Origin: Girardia tigrina | Taxonomy: Eukaryota | NCBI GenBank assembly: GCA_001938485.1 | Contig: MQRK01214676.1 | Location: 1 to 64,000 of the forward strand | Direction: 5' to 3' | Length of the DNA stretch: 64,000 bases | Part shown: one piece after another, positions 1-12,732 of the stretch | How positions within the stretch are numbered: position 1 is the stretch's first letter | Layout: each line of letters begins with the position of its first letter | The notes under the pieces: model-generated | What the model was told of the DNA's origin: nothing | Databases searched by the model: none | The model's input: only the letters and a program-made list of their open reading frames with translations | Made by a program: the position numbers and the translations under genes

Positions 1-1436
1 GCATGTATTTAGAGCAATCATCTAAATGTAGTTTCAGGCGGCTGCTACTTCCCGCAGTGAGACACTTAAAGCAGTACTTGCATCTATATACAGCAGAATC
101 TTTCTTCTTCTCTTGTAATTAGAAGCAATCCAAAACACTGACTTGTTTTATTCGTGGCATTTTTGTCTATCAAGTATCTGAAACAAGAATAAACAGTTAT
201 GAATAGCAAGAAAATAACTTTGCTCAGTACATGAAATCATATNNNNNNNNNNNNNNNNNNNNNNNNNNNNNNNNNNNNNNNNNNNNNNNNNNNNNNNNNN
301 NNNNNNNNNNNNNNNNNNNNNNNNNNNNNNNNNNNNNNNNNNNNNNNNNNNNNNNNNNNNNNNNNNNNNNNNNNNNNNNNNNNNNNNNNNNNNNNNNNNN
401 NNNNNNNNNNNNNNNNNNNNNNNNNNNNNNNNNNNNNNNNNNNNNNNNNNNNNNNNNNAAATAAATCCAATGAAGAATAGGTAAGTAGCAAATAGGGTAG
501 GGGTAGACCGAAAAATATTTCGCATGATATTTTGTTGAGTGTAAAGAAGATTGACAAAAAAATTGCGAAATTTCTCATACACACGCAAATGTGGGATTGT
601 CTTATAGTGAGATAAAAGAGGGAAATTTTGTTTAACATTATGTTAGAGCATTATTATTAGTGTGATAAATACGTCTAGAAGGAACTAAATTAATTTTTGA
701 AAGATGCTATCTGATAGAAGAACATCTGCTCCACACAATGGTGTAAACCATATCATCGTAATTGTAATATTATTCTTTTAATAATAGAAATAAAAACATT
801 AACAAATCATGTGAAAGAATTGACGTGAAAACATTAACATGGCTTTATTATTAGTGTTATAAATACATATAGAAGCAAATAAATTAATTTTTAAAATATG
901 CCCTTACTTTTGTGAAAAGATTACAAACTAAACTGCGATTATTTGGCATCGTGAGTGGACAAACTAAAACAGGGATCTTTGAGCAAATATTTAATGCAGT
1001 ATCAGCTTCGACGGAATGTTAGAAATTACCATATAAAACAAGATATGTTTATACTTCATAAAAGAATTAGAATCACCATAAAAATATATGTACCAATGCA
1101 GACCGTTTTTTAGGATAACCCTAACTTCTGAAACATAAAATGTAAATAATAAAGTCACAACTCACCAGAAAAGTAGTTGACGACTATAATAATCAAATGT
1201 GCATGAAGTGATACTACCAAAAGTATATAAACAACAAATCATTACTTCATTATACATCTTTTTTTGTTTTTTATAGTCGTCTCATCTCATAATTTACTTA
1301 ATAAATATTAATTTAATGCTTGAATAAGGAATGTTTTTTTCATTGTTTTTTTCAATGTTTTTTTCATCGAAAAAAACATAGAAAACAATTCGAAAAAAAC
1401 TGTTTTCTATGTTTTTTTCGTTTTTTTACATCCCTG
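1..1436 (-). mobile_element. hAT DNA transposon 5' remnant (BED zinc finger plus candidate TIR)
   Basis: The minus strand of 1-140 reads SVLDCF*LQEKKKDSAVYRCKYCFKCLTAGSSSRLKLHLDDCSKYM (BED-like CxxC...HxxxC). A terminus CAGGGATGTAAAAAAAC at 1436 has subterminal GAAAAAAACA repeats (1330-1430). Linking the two across the gap at 243-458 is inferred. Confidence 0.55.
651..901 (+). repeat. Imperfect ~57-bp direct repeat (651-708 and 846-901)
   Basis: ttattattagtgtgataaatacgtctagaaggaactaaattaattttt vs ttattattagtgttataaatacatatagaagcaaataaattaattttt. Confidence 0.7.
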
Positions 1437-2139
1437 GAGTTATGTATCTAAAATTAACCCTAGTTTATTGAAATATCATGGTTATGTGATGAAAAACTAA
1501 CTTGATTTCGTACTTATTGCCCCTGCAAAGATGGTTTATCTTTTGTTTTTATGTATCATAAAATTATATTATGCCCCTATCAAAAGTATCTTCAAATCAT
1601 CACAGTACACTTTCTACTAATAAGTTTTCTGCAATTTCCAATACTCGGTCTACGGAATCAATATGAAATAGTGAAAACGATGAAACCTAAATAAAAGTCA
1701 TTGTTTTGAAAAAAAATTAATTTAATTAATTTATGCAATGTAAAATTGACCAAAGAAACGAAAATTTAAAATTAAAATATTGATATTATATTAGAGTTTC
1801 ATAATTATTCAAACCAGTAATTTATTCAAATTAGTAATTTAGTTATTATTTACGATGAAATGATTACTAAATTATTATTGTAGTACTTAAAATATTTAGG
1901 GGAATTTAGAATTATTATTAATTATGTTAGTTCGAATTAGTTAATTATAGAAAATGTGTTTTGTTTATGTTATGTTTAATTTAAAAAAAAGTATTAGTAC
2001 TAAATATTTCTGTTTTTTGAACACATCAATTCAAAAGAAATATGTGTATACCAAAAACAGATATTCAATTTAACATCTTTGAAACTCCACAATCTACAAA
2101 GCAAATCGTGGAGTTGTAGATGAAAGTTAATATTTTTTT

Positions 2140-3427
2140 TCAAGTTTGCAAATATTTGTTGCAATATTTGAACATGGGTTACATAAAAACATAACCCACT
2201 TCCTTTGTTGCACTTCATTTCCTCCTGTTCTGGCGGTTTATTTATACAAAAGTATAATAACCGTGTTAACAAGAGACTCAAACCACCTTCAATGTTTAGC
2301 TTTAATGTTTAAATGTTCATTTAAACAATTTTTTATTATTTTAATGAATTTAATTTGAATAATTTTAAGTATTTTTATTATACTAAATAAGTTTTTTTAC
2401 TAAGTAAATTATAAATAGTAATTCAAAGAAATTGTTATACAATTCTTTATGTAGACAGAACTCTACTTGGCCAACAGATTTTTTTGTTATCTTTTGTAGA
2501 ACGGAAAACTATGATTACATTTTTTAATAAATTTATTATGTTATTAGTAATTATTTCAATATTTTGCTGAATGAAAATTTCATACACAAACATTTTTCAA
2601 TTCTATTTTACAAATAAATAGTTACTTTTAACATAAGTAATTTATTATAAAGCATGAAAGGAAAAAACCAAAACAAATTATAATTTAAAAGCTAATGTTT
2701 ATTATAAAATTTACTAAATGCATTTTTACCAAATAACATTTTGAGAAATTAAAGGTTATCATTATTTATATTTCATTCATTAATCAAAGATTTGAATAAA
2801 TATAAAAAATATATCAATTAAAGAAAGATGCTTACCACAGATTGTGCTACCGAAAATTGTTGTAACAATGAGCCTGTTTGTGTTGTTAATAAATGTTTTT
2901 ACTCAAAAAAAATCTGGCGACCACAACTCATGTGACAACTAACATTATAGGCTATGAAAAATTCAATGTATCAGAATCGGATTTGGAATTATTGGTACAG
3001 CAGAAGAGAAAAATATTGATGGTGACTATGTTTATGCCACCTTCAGCAATAAAAAATATGCATAGACGGATGTTAAAAATTACAAACAAAATTTAAGGCC
3101 GTATTTACCAAAGAAAAATCCTTGAATTGAAAACCACATTCATTGAATGTAACCGATATGTAAAAACGATATGATTATTGCAACTATACCATTATTTTTG
3201 TATCAAATGTTCGAACTAAATTGTTTTAAGGAATACCCTGTAAAAACTTTATGAAGAAAATTTGTCATACATGAAATTATCGAAATGAATGGGCTTCCTT
3301 AAAAATAAAGCATAGTTGCAATGCTTTTCTATGAAGTTAGAGATCGTTTAAACGTTTTTTAAACGTTTAATTTGCTAAACGGAGACCGTTTAAACGTTTA
3401 GAAAATTTTTAAACGTGCCCACGTCTA
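2140..3427 (+). mobile_element. Degenerate hAT-like transposon with right end at 3427
   Basis: The right end reads (reverse complement) TAGACGTGGGCACGTTT with clustered AAACG subterminal motifs (3345-3415). Decayed BED-like CKY-C...HFISSC lies at ~2146-2232 and a TTD...LCLCHLQQ catalytic-like fragment at 2830-3050. The terminus matches the one at 9421. Confidence 0.45.
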
Positions 3428-3435
3428 ATAATCAG

Positions 3436-3476
3436 TGATCTGATAATGACGGTTAAACCGTCGAAATATATTATCC
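3436..3476 (+). ncRNA. Degenerate Penelope-type minimal hammerhead ribozyme
   Basis: gat-CTGATAA-t-gacgg/ttaaa/ccgtc-GAAA-tata-tt-atc; core G8 changed to A; homologous to 11291-11340 and 62278-62322. Confidence 0.55.
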
Positions 3477-4213
3477 TAAAATATATTTTTAAAGGGCGTT
3501 TATTTGTTTTTAATAAAAAATTGCCATCTTTTTTTAAAGTTTATTATAATATTAATATATATTTTAATTTAATATAATATTTATTTCATTTAGCATTTTT
3601 GATCTTTGGAATGTTGGAAGGCTTTAACTCGACATACGTGACCCTGTCACTAACTGTTCATTATCAGAGAAAGTCAAAGAAATGCTGTGATCGTGTAATT
3701 CAGTTCTAAGACGACAATAATAATTTACATTTGACACGAAGAAATCGAGATTGTTTTATTTCAGATAAACGATCTAAATCGTTTAATATTCAGTTAACCA
3801 GCATTACCTTGAACGGTATTTTCAAATTCATTTTGATACATGGCATAATAGTTTATATTTCGAGCGTACTATTTTAATCACCATCCCGAAGTTATCTTTC
3901 AACTCCAACTTTATCTCTTCGTCTCAATCTATCCATCACCAATTGTAGCCCTGACGAGGACTGTGTCTCGTTCCCTCACAATCATTTTGATGTTAGGCCG
4001 ACCACATTTTATTCGTGTAGACTAATTCAAACCAAGTCTCCATAGGTACATTCAGGATGTTCGAGTTAGTAAATTCTCTGGTTATGAGTAAAATTTTTGT
4101 TTTGATTACATTAACCATGAACTTTCGAGCAGCTTTAAAATTATTATGTCATTACAAAAGAAAATCATTAAACCTCTAAGTAATTATATAACGATCAAGT
4201 TAACTTAATTAGG

Positions 4214-4410
4214 AAGTAAGCCAAGACAAAATAAAACGAAAAAATTACAAGTGCTTAAAATTAATCAATTAAATTACTTATGAAATAAGTCAAGACAAAT
4301 AAAACGATAAAACTAAAAGTGTTTGAAATTAATTAATGAAATTATTAGTCAAATAAGCCAAGACAAAATAAAATGATAGAATTAAGAATATTTAAAATTA
4401 ATTAATTATC
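4214..4410 (+). repeat. Three diverged tandem copies of a ~68-bp unit
   Basis: Units begin aagtaagccaagacaaaataaaacga / aaataagtcaagacaaataaaacga / aaataagccaagacaaaataaaatga. Confidence 0.8.
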
Positions 4411-7046
4411 ACCATTAAATCAAATTCTTTTAATCTTAAATTACGACATCAAATAATTTTTAGTTAAATTGTTCAGAAAATTATCGTACAGAATTTAATT
4501 ACAATTATTTACAACAATTTTGTCCGTACGATCCAATTACATACCCGCACCCAAGGACCGCTATGCTCGATCCCTTGGATACGGGAATGAACCAACATCG
4601 TACCTCTGGCACTCAAATTCTATCGGTTCCGTCTTCATAATACGTTTCCTTCTCGCATTGATCATGGCAATATTGAATAACATTAATGAAATAAATCAGA
4701 TATATTACTGAGAACAATAAGAATCTGAATATTTATTTGGAACCAAATATTTCAATTAATAAATAAACTGATTAATAAAATTGGAAATAAAACAGGAGTA
4801 ACACGACGTGAAATCATTAAGCAAATTAATAAATTAAATCGACAATCATAATTATCAAATATAATAAAAACAACAAGTGAAATATATCAAAATGAAATGA
4901 ATAGACCCAAGCAATGATGATACCTCTCGGTGTTCTTGTTCTTCCAAATTAACAAATATAACATATAGTTTCGTCGCTGGGTACAGGTTAAACGTTCGCC
5001 AACAAATTAAAATAATATATCGTAGTGTAAATCAAATGGAACAATTCTTTCAAATTAGGTGTTGTTGAAATAATGTATTGTAAATCAAATCGAAAAAATT
5101 TTTAAATTGAGTGCATGCCGCAAAGTGCTGTGCAAAGAATTGTGCGAAGTGTGCGAACCAGTTCAAGTATTTATACCCTACTGGATACATGTATGGTTCG
5201 GCATCCTGTATGCCGATTACGGCAATGCGATAAAGGATGTCACGACGAAAATCCGACTGTTGTTTATCTACTGTTCGATGGCAGATTGTAGGGGGGAAGT
5301 GATTATTTTAAACTTTCGTCTAATACATTTTCTAATTCTCGAAACTATGTTTATTTTATCGGCCTATGACATCCGCAGAACGTACAAATTGTCGCTGGTT
5401 TATTCATCGGTGTTTTCTGACAGGATGGACCGATTGTGCGTTTTCTCTGAAGATGTGCTACGGCATCTTAACCGGTTGGAGGTAATCAACTTCTAATGTT
5501 TATCGTAGATGCAACTATTGGTTATTCTATATGTTACGCTTACAGGGTAGAGAGGGGATCTGGCGGGAGTGCACATCATAGTATTCTCGATCGTAACAAT
5601 AGCAATGACTCCGGTCAATGGTGATCTCTATAACAGACTCCTGATTCGCCTTGTAAAAGCAAGATCAAAAGCGGTTCGTATTTAATAACAAATTACCGAT
5701 CGAAGATGGCTCTTGAAGATCTTGAAGGGAGCTGCCATATTACCCATTAAATCGCAGGAAAACCTGGTACGGTAATATTAGATCAACTAAGAAACGTGTT
5801 TATTTTTCTTTCAGAAAAATCACTTCGGTAAAAAAATTCTGACTCTTTAAAAACAAAATTAAAATAAAATTTTAATTTTTTAGTTTTTATATTATTTTTT
5901 GTTAATTAATTTAATAATTACACTCCACAGAAAAATCAATTGATTTTCTGTGAAGGTAAAATTTGCAATTATACTTCCGCTCAACACAAAACGAGATTCC
6001 CTTAAACAATTTCTTTCTGTGTTACTAAGTTCGCAATTTCGATTTTTATTGAGTTTTATGGAATTTTGTTTTGTAACGTTCGAAATTGGAATTCACTACA
6101 TGGTGGTTATATGGAACTTTTTTATGATGGTAGTAGATTTTTTTATTTTTGTTTGGATTTAATATAATGTGGTTGTCCGAGAATCGAGCAAAAATTTCCT
6201 ATAGTGAGTTGGTGATGGAATTCCGTCACAACCAAACTGTTTTGTTTTTTTTGTAATATGTTATTAAAAATTGAATTGAGTATTGACAAAAATTTGATAT
6301 CATCGTTCAAAAACTTTATAATTCTTTCTTTCATGAGCCTCCGATGTTTTTTATGTTGGAATGCTTGAATTAAGATAATTTAAATTTAATTTATTAACTT
6401 TGTCGAAAAAACTGGTATTATTATTATTATTGTTACAATTATTTTTTTCCAAAACCATTAGGAAAATTCTTAATAATTATACATTTGGGACAATGTGGAA
6501 ACAGTATGGAACGAAGATTTGGAAATAATCGCCAACGAACACAGTGTTAAACCGACCACTGGTGTTTACGAAGGCGGCAGTGAATTGCAATTACTGAGAA
6601 TTTACGTTTAATTTACTTCTGGAAATCATGGATTTAATTTAATATAATTACGTACTGAATTCGAATCTTGGGAAATTGTTTCAACCAGATTATTTCATCA
6701 ATGGTTCATCAATTGCTTTTAATAATTCCAAAAGAAATACGGTCCTCTTAAGGACCACAATTGATAATAGGGAGCTATATAGTGCAGAGTTGCGGCGGGA
6801 ATCTGAGCGCCTTTGCTCACTTAAAGTTAGCGACAACAAAATTTTTCTGCGAGCAAATTCGGCATCTCTGGCGATAGGATGTGGCAACCTTGCTACGAAG
6901 ATCGTTGAACGATCAGTGGTAGTAATATATTTAGGAAGGAAGGTATATCGGGAAATTTTTTCTTGGTATGAGTTTGGGTTTGATATAAATGATTTGTTAC
7001 TGAGGCCATTTTCTAAACGGGTTTTTTATTATTATTTTGTTTGTTA

Positions 7047-7450
7047 TTAGGTTGATGCAAAAGAAATGCAGGTTTTTGATTTCTTTTTTATTAACCAAAA
7101 TATAATAAAACAAAAGCATGTATGATGTTATGAGTCATTTAAAAGCCTAATTTATACTCTTTCGGATATATTTGTCTAAAACTTATTATAATATTTCTTT
7201 TGTTAATAATTTCGATTTTAATTGCATATGGTCAAAACGTGATTTTCGCAACATTTACTTCTACGAAAACTTCTACAAACCGCTCGAAACATCAACGAAG
7301 TTTTGGGCAAGGGATATGTCAATGAATGCACGGTGCAGCGCTGGTATCAAAGGTTTTGCTCTGGCAACACCAGTCGGCAAGATGAGCCTCATTGCAGCCG
7401 CCCATTGACTATTGACAACGACGATTTGAAAAAAATCGTCGCCTTCAAAT
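7047..7450 (+). mobile_element. mariner element 5' fragment
   Basis: TA followed by the TIR TTAGGTTGATGCAAAAGAAATGC (Hsmar1/cecropia-like). Frameshifted HTH region KRDFRNIYFYE...GKGYVNECTVQRWYQRFCSGNTSRQDEPHCSRP. Confidence 0.85.
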
Positions 7451-8235
7451 TGATTTTATTAATTGTTTCATTAAAAAGTAATAAAAAAACTAAAGTAATA
7501 AAAAAAGTAATAAAAATCTTTCTCTCGACTTAGAAGAATTATAAAAATTCTACAATCAAAATTCACGACCAAAATTCACGTCAAAGACTATTGATTCAAA
7601 TTCAAAAAACACGATGCGGCAATTTCGAATTTTAAAGACCAACAACAATCGATCGACATGATAAAAAACGATGACTCAAGACACCGTGTTCACCGAGTTG
7701 TCCATCCAGATATCATTTGCTGAGTTCAAGAGCGCCAATCACGAGTTTTGCATCAATCACTTGTGTGGCCCAATAGTACTGAGAGAATCGTCGACGAAAA
7801 AGAAGTGAGACTTTTTGATCGTGTCAGCAACTAACCGCAGTGTCCAAGAGCATCGAGAAGGCCGACAACAGCGAACCGATTGGCCGTGGAGCCAAAATTT
7901 TATTGGGGAGATCATTATTTTTTCGTTAGATCATAACGACCCGGAATCCGCTGACTGCCGTACACTCTGTTCTCACTCATATTCGTGTTTTTAATAATTT
8001 ACAAACCCTTTCTTGATGGTTATAAATTCCTTTGATTTATATTGAAAATCGTAAAATGAGCGACTAGTGAAATTGCACTGTTAAACAAACATTTTTTTAC
8101 AAAAGAGTGGTGTCGAACTTATAAAGGTTTTTAAAAATTATTGATTTAACTGTATGTAATAAAAAGGAAACTTGTAAAATTTATTTAATGTCAAAATAAT
8201 ATTAATGAATAACGGTTACACAATTTAGATATTAT

Positions 8236-9020
8236 TTAAAATAATAATGAAATAATCTTCTTTTGATCTATTTGTGTACCGCAGAAGGAACAGCGGTTTA
8301 TATTCTTCAAACAACTCGAACAAAACATGTGGCCGCAATTGAGTCTTCTTTCAACCTCCATCGAGCAGCAAAGAGAACACATCTGAACATTTCGTAAAAT
8401 AACAAATCAAAGACTTTCTAACTTACAATTTTTACTATTTGCATGATGGATTTATTGAGTGGTTTGAAACAAAGTTGTCTTTTGTTAAAACGGTCGTTGT
8501 TTGACTTAATTAGCTGTGGAATTTCAGGTACTCCCCCTTGTTTGATGGGACAGATGCTCAATAATTTGTTCGATTGTCGAAGACTTCTACTTCTTTCCCA
8601 CTTATATCAGTATCAAAAAAGAATATATTATACAAAATTCTTACTCCGATAATTTTACAACTACGATTATATGTTAAAAAGACTTTTTGGAAATCGAAAT
8701 AAAATTCCAGAGTCAATTCCTGAAGATCTCTCACGAATTGAGACTTATTCAAACAATAAAACTGAACGAAACAATTAAACAAAATAAAAGAGATAATTAA
8801 TTTACAGCTTCAAATTTTATAAGTAAAAATTCGGAGAGAAATTTCATAAAATTTTCTTTATCAAAACGAGAAATATTTTTCTGAAAGAATTTTCATATGT
8901 AAATCGAAAATATACAAAATTAACCAAAAAAAATTGTAAATTCGGTTTCTCCTGTAGAAAAAGTAATTTAATTTCCAAATTATTATTTGTTTTAATAAAT
9001 TCCATCAGCTTTTCTTGATT
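8236..9020 (-). CDS. Five-exon 3' gene block ending in a C3HC4 RING finger (probable C-terminus of the ankyrin gene)
   Basis: Phase-0 GT-AG introns of ~44 nt join NQEKLMEF.../KNISRFDK.../FYCLNKSQ.../WERSRSLR.../MCSLCCSMEVERRLNCGHMFCSSCLKNINRCSFCGTQIDQKKIISLLF* (last exon 8382-8236). The first exon begins after the acceptor ttttag at 9021. Confidence 0.8.
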
Positions 9021-9420
9021 CTAAAACATATTAAAGTAATATTAGCATAATAAAGTAAATATAAAACTTTTTATTGTATATAAACCTAAGATGTAAACAG
9101 GGTTATTTAAATGTATGTTATCATTTAAAATTATGAGCGAAAACAGTTCTAAGGTTGTGTGAATTGTATTTAAATTAATGCATAAAATAATAGAATGAAA
9201 AATAAAATAATAAATAAAATAATATATGAAAAACTTTTTAAAAAACCACGTTTTTACCGTGGAGTAAAAGGTAGAAAATACTTTTATCTTGGGTTACACA
9301 AACTTTTAATTTGAATAAATTGTAATAAAAATAATAATTAGATTTAATTCTAATATTGAATATTCTAATTAAGACTTTTCATAAATATATGCCTTGACCA
9401 CATCATAAAATTCGACAAAA

Positions 9421-10252
9421 TATACGTGGGCACGTTAAAAAGTTCTGATTATACCATTATAGTTCGTCTATTCATGATCTCTTTGTAAGTTATGAATTTC
9501 AATCACAATGTTACTGCATGTTCAGGATTGATTGTGTGTGTCTCGAGTCATTTACGTTTTTGAGGGTTTCAGTTACTACTACATTATTTGCCCATAATTT
9601 GTGACCCGTGCCAGTACGGGCACGAACCGTACTAAATATCTGATTAAGTAGTTAATTTTAAAAGTTTATTAAAATTAATATTTGATTTTTATCATTTTTG
9701 TGTTTTTTACCATTAAACAAAAATGAGAAGTTATTCTAGTTCAAAGATTGAAAAAGAACCATTTTTCTCATTATCAGCATTCTCCAAAGCTGTCTTAACT
9801 TTATGCTGTTCTAAATATGTTTTGTCTTTACAGTTTTTTGAAGATACTATTATAGTTACAAGATTAAACGTCACAAAAGTTTTGTAATGTTGTTCTGAGG
9901 GAAATAACAAAAAATTCCACATATCTGAAAATGGAATTTTTCGAAACCCGAAGTGGAAAATGGGCGTTGTTGGCCACTAATAAATGGAAAAAAAATTTTC
10001 ATGAAAAGCATCTTTCCATCATTCTATTTTTCGAAGACAATTCAAATACAAATATTTTTCTTAAGAGCTGCCTTTCCAGACAATACTGCGGTCACTTTTT
10101 CGAATTTTATATTAGAAGCTTTGGAAAATTTTTGCAATTTCGAGATTGTTGTAATTTCGTGCATTATTGATAATGCCAAAAATATGTTTGCTTCTTCGAA
10201 TATTTGTGAGGATTTTATGGAGTTCACATTAGTTTTTGAATTTTATTTTTAA
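9421..10252 (+). mobile_element. hAT transposase remnant
   Basis: Left end TATACGTGGGCACGTT. Frameshifted WALLATNKW (TDGW-like) and DNTAVTF...ISCIIDNAKNM (hAT DNAxNM motif). Confidence 0.7.
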
Positions 10253-10439
10253 AATATATCAAGGAAAATTTCAAAACATTTAAAAAATAATTCATACATT
10301 GAAATATAACGAAAGAAATTTTAGAGGAAAAAAATGTTTTAATAATAAAAATATTAGAAAATTTTAGGGTTAATTATAATAATTTTCTATAAAAAACAAA
10401 ACTCATCCATTTAAAAATATATTTATTGACAATATATTG

Positions 10440-11370
10440 TTTGATGGAAATCAACCTTTAGTATATAAAAGATATGTTAACGATATATTTCTAGTTACTA
10501 AAAATCAGGCTGACGTACTTTCATTTTTAAATTTTATGAATTCGTTACATCCAAATTTTAATTTTACAGTTTGAAATGAAACGAATGGAGTCTTACCTAT
10601 TCTGGATCTTTTTGTTGAAAGAAAATCTTAGTTAGGAGATTGAATTTTATAGGAAGCAAACTAATTCAGGTTTATATACTTCACCGGACGGCATTTGTGA
10701 ACCGAAGTATAAAAGAAACATGATTAAAGGCTTAATTTTTCGCCCCTGATCGTTGTCTTCCACTTTTGTTAAATCTGTAGGAAGTGTTAATAAACTAAGT
10801 TATTCTAAATCTTTTCTAAAAAAATTAAAAAAGAAAACAGTGGATAAAATATTTTATATTTAAGAATTTTATGACGATTTCATAAAATTCAAAATATGTT
10901 CAGTAATAAATCTATGACACCTTTAACACTTTGTTCTGAAATTGTTTATGAAGATAAATATAATGGTGTGATGACACATACATTGGAGAGACTGCCCGTC
11001 ATCTCTATAAAGGAATGCAATAACATGTTCGAAAAGAGCGTAAGAGGAAATAGGAAAAAAAAGTAAACGTGATTATAATATTGATAATTTCAAAATTCTG
11101 TGTAAGCATTTTGACAGTTATTGGGAGAGAGTGTCGTGGGAAGCATTGTTAATTAAGTTATGTTTTCCTAAAATTAATGCTCAATCGGCAGTCTCAACCA
11201 GCTTATTGAGAATTTGTCATTAACATGGTTTCGTGCAATCGATTACACAATCACCATTTTTGTATTTATATACAGGTGACCTAAATACAAATTTGTGACC
11301 TAAAGGTGACGGTAGATCCGTCGAAATATATTGTCAATAAATACATTTTTAATGTATGAGTGTTGTTTTT
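10440..11370 (+). mobile_element. Penelope-like retroelement, 3' remnant (RT, GIY-YIG, terminal repeat)
   Basis: YKRYVNDIF...FLNFMNSLHPNFNFT...LPILDLFV...FYRKQTNSG; CDDTYIGETARHL; C-terminus YWERVSWEALLI...PKINAQ; multiple stops and frameshifts. Confidence 0.9.
11291..11340 (+). ncRNA. Degenerate minimal hammerhead ribozyme in the PLE terminal repeat
   Basis: tgac-CTAAAGG-t-gacgg/tagat/ccgtc-GAAA-tata-tt-gtca; stems intact, core CUGANGA has two substitutions. Confidence 0.55.
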
Positions 11371-11479
11371 CAAATTCATAAAATTATAAAAAAATATAAA
11401 ATCAAAAGGAAAATATTAGTTATAGATTTTTTAAAAATATTTGTTTAACGATTAAAACAGGAACTTTATAATTGAAATG

Positions 11480-11760
11480 TTTTTATATAACAATTTTTCA
11501 ATGAAATAAAACTAAAGAATTTTAAAAGAAAAAGTTCAAAGTACAAAATTTAAATTAAGGAAATTTTAATAAAAGAAATGTTATAAAACTATTTTTGTGA
11601 ATTTTAAACAAATAATAAATTAAGTATTCATATTTATATTACATTATTTTTTTGTGTTAAAAGTTTGTACAAAAAGAAAAATTGTTCCTCGATAATTTGT
11701 TCGAAATAATTTTATTGTGTTGTATTAATAAAATTTTCAATAATCTCAATTTTTGATTTT
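11480..11760 (+). repeat. Dispersed AT-rich repeat, related copy at ~25370-25640
   Basis: Shared blocks such as gaaaaattgttc...aatttgttcgaaa...ttattgtgtt...aataaaatttt occur in the same order. Confidence 0.55.
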
Positions 11761-11870
11761 TCTTTAAACCACAACTAGAAAAGTCATCGGTCATCGCCTT
11801 TGTATAATGGTGTATGATTATTATATCTTGATACAATGGTGGAGGATTTGATTTGCAAACAGATGGATGT

Positions 11871-12230
11871 TTTTACCACGTTTTTCTTAGCTTGGTTTCT
11901 TGTCTGTCTGTCTGTCTGGAACAAATCTTGGAATTGATTTTTCGACCACTTTCAGTCATCCAATTGAGCTGAATTTTTTTATACAGGCTTGCTTCCAATG
12001 ACAATACAATATTTTAAAACATTTACTTTACGGTTGTACGGAAAAAAAATAATAAATTGAACAAATATTGTGAAAATCAAGTGATAATTAAGTGTAGAAG
12101 TATTAAAATTAGGTTTAAAAAGTATTTTGAAATAAAACTTGCTTTTATTAAAATAAAACTTTGTTATTTTGGTTTTATTATCATTTCCGTTATTCGAAAT
12201 CAATCGAAAGATTTGAATTCCTAAATGATA
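11871..12230 (+). mobile_element. Non-autonomous Helentron/DINE-1-like element, 3'-truncated copy
   Basis: Starts TTTTACCACGTTTT, then a (GTCT)n microsatellite and atccaattgagctgaattttt; closely matches 35643-36030. Confidence 0.75.
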
Positions 12231-12732
12231 ATTTTAGAGATATAGTATGGATGAGGAAGCCGGAAGATAAAGAGATGTAAGTGGCTAAGATTCATTTGCT
12301 TCTACAATCGAATTTATCGGAATGTTTTAATTTGAGGTTTCTTGGAATGAAAATATTTGCTTAATCATTTTCTTTTGATAATGTCTTTGATCCAGAATTT
12401 GGATATACTCCCGTTTCAGTTTGAGGATAGACGGAGGCTGGTATTATTTTCAGTATATCTTTGATATGAATTCGTTGAGAATTTATTTAATGGATCTCAT
12501 CAGGCAGAAGTTCGAGAAAATTTGAGTCGTCACTTTTGTAACGTCAAAAAGAAAATTTAGGAATTTTGAGAGAATTATTTTAATTAGAATGAGTAAAAAT
12601 AAAACAATTTTCTTAGTAAGTGGAACTATGTCCAACGAATTATGTATGGATAATCAGTGAAAATGAACAGTGATGAGGCGATAGATCATCGCTGTTGATC
12701 ATTGACTGATCTTTCACTATTCCGAATATTAC

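Noticed and set aside
3946-3975. CTGACGAG followed by gac/gtc, hammerhead-like
   Set aside because: No GAAA after stem II and no stem I/III.
4214-4410. Repeat array as possible CRISPR
   Set aside because: Whole units are homologous with no unique spacers; eukaryotic context and no cas genes.
5107-5496. Cys-rich frames suggestive of Delta/EGF
   Set aside because: Cysteine spacing does not fit DSL or EGF in any single frame.
12236-12700. Plus-strand exon-like pieces next to the Helentron copy (captured gene?)
   Set aside because: No consistent spliced frame could be built, and the second element copy lacks this sequence.
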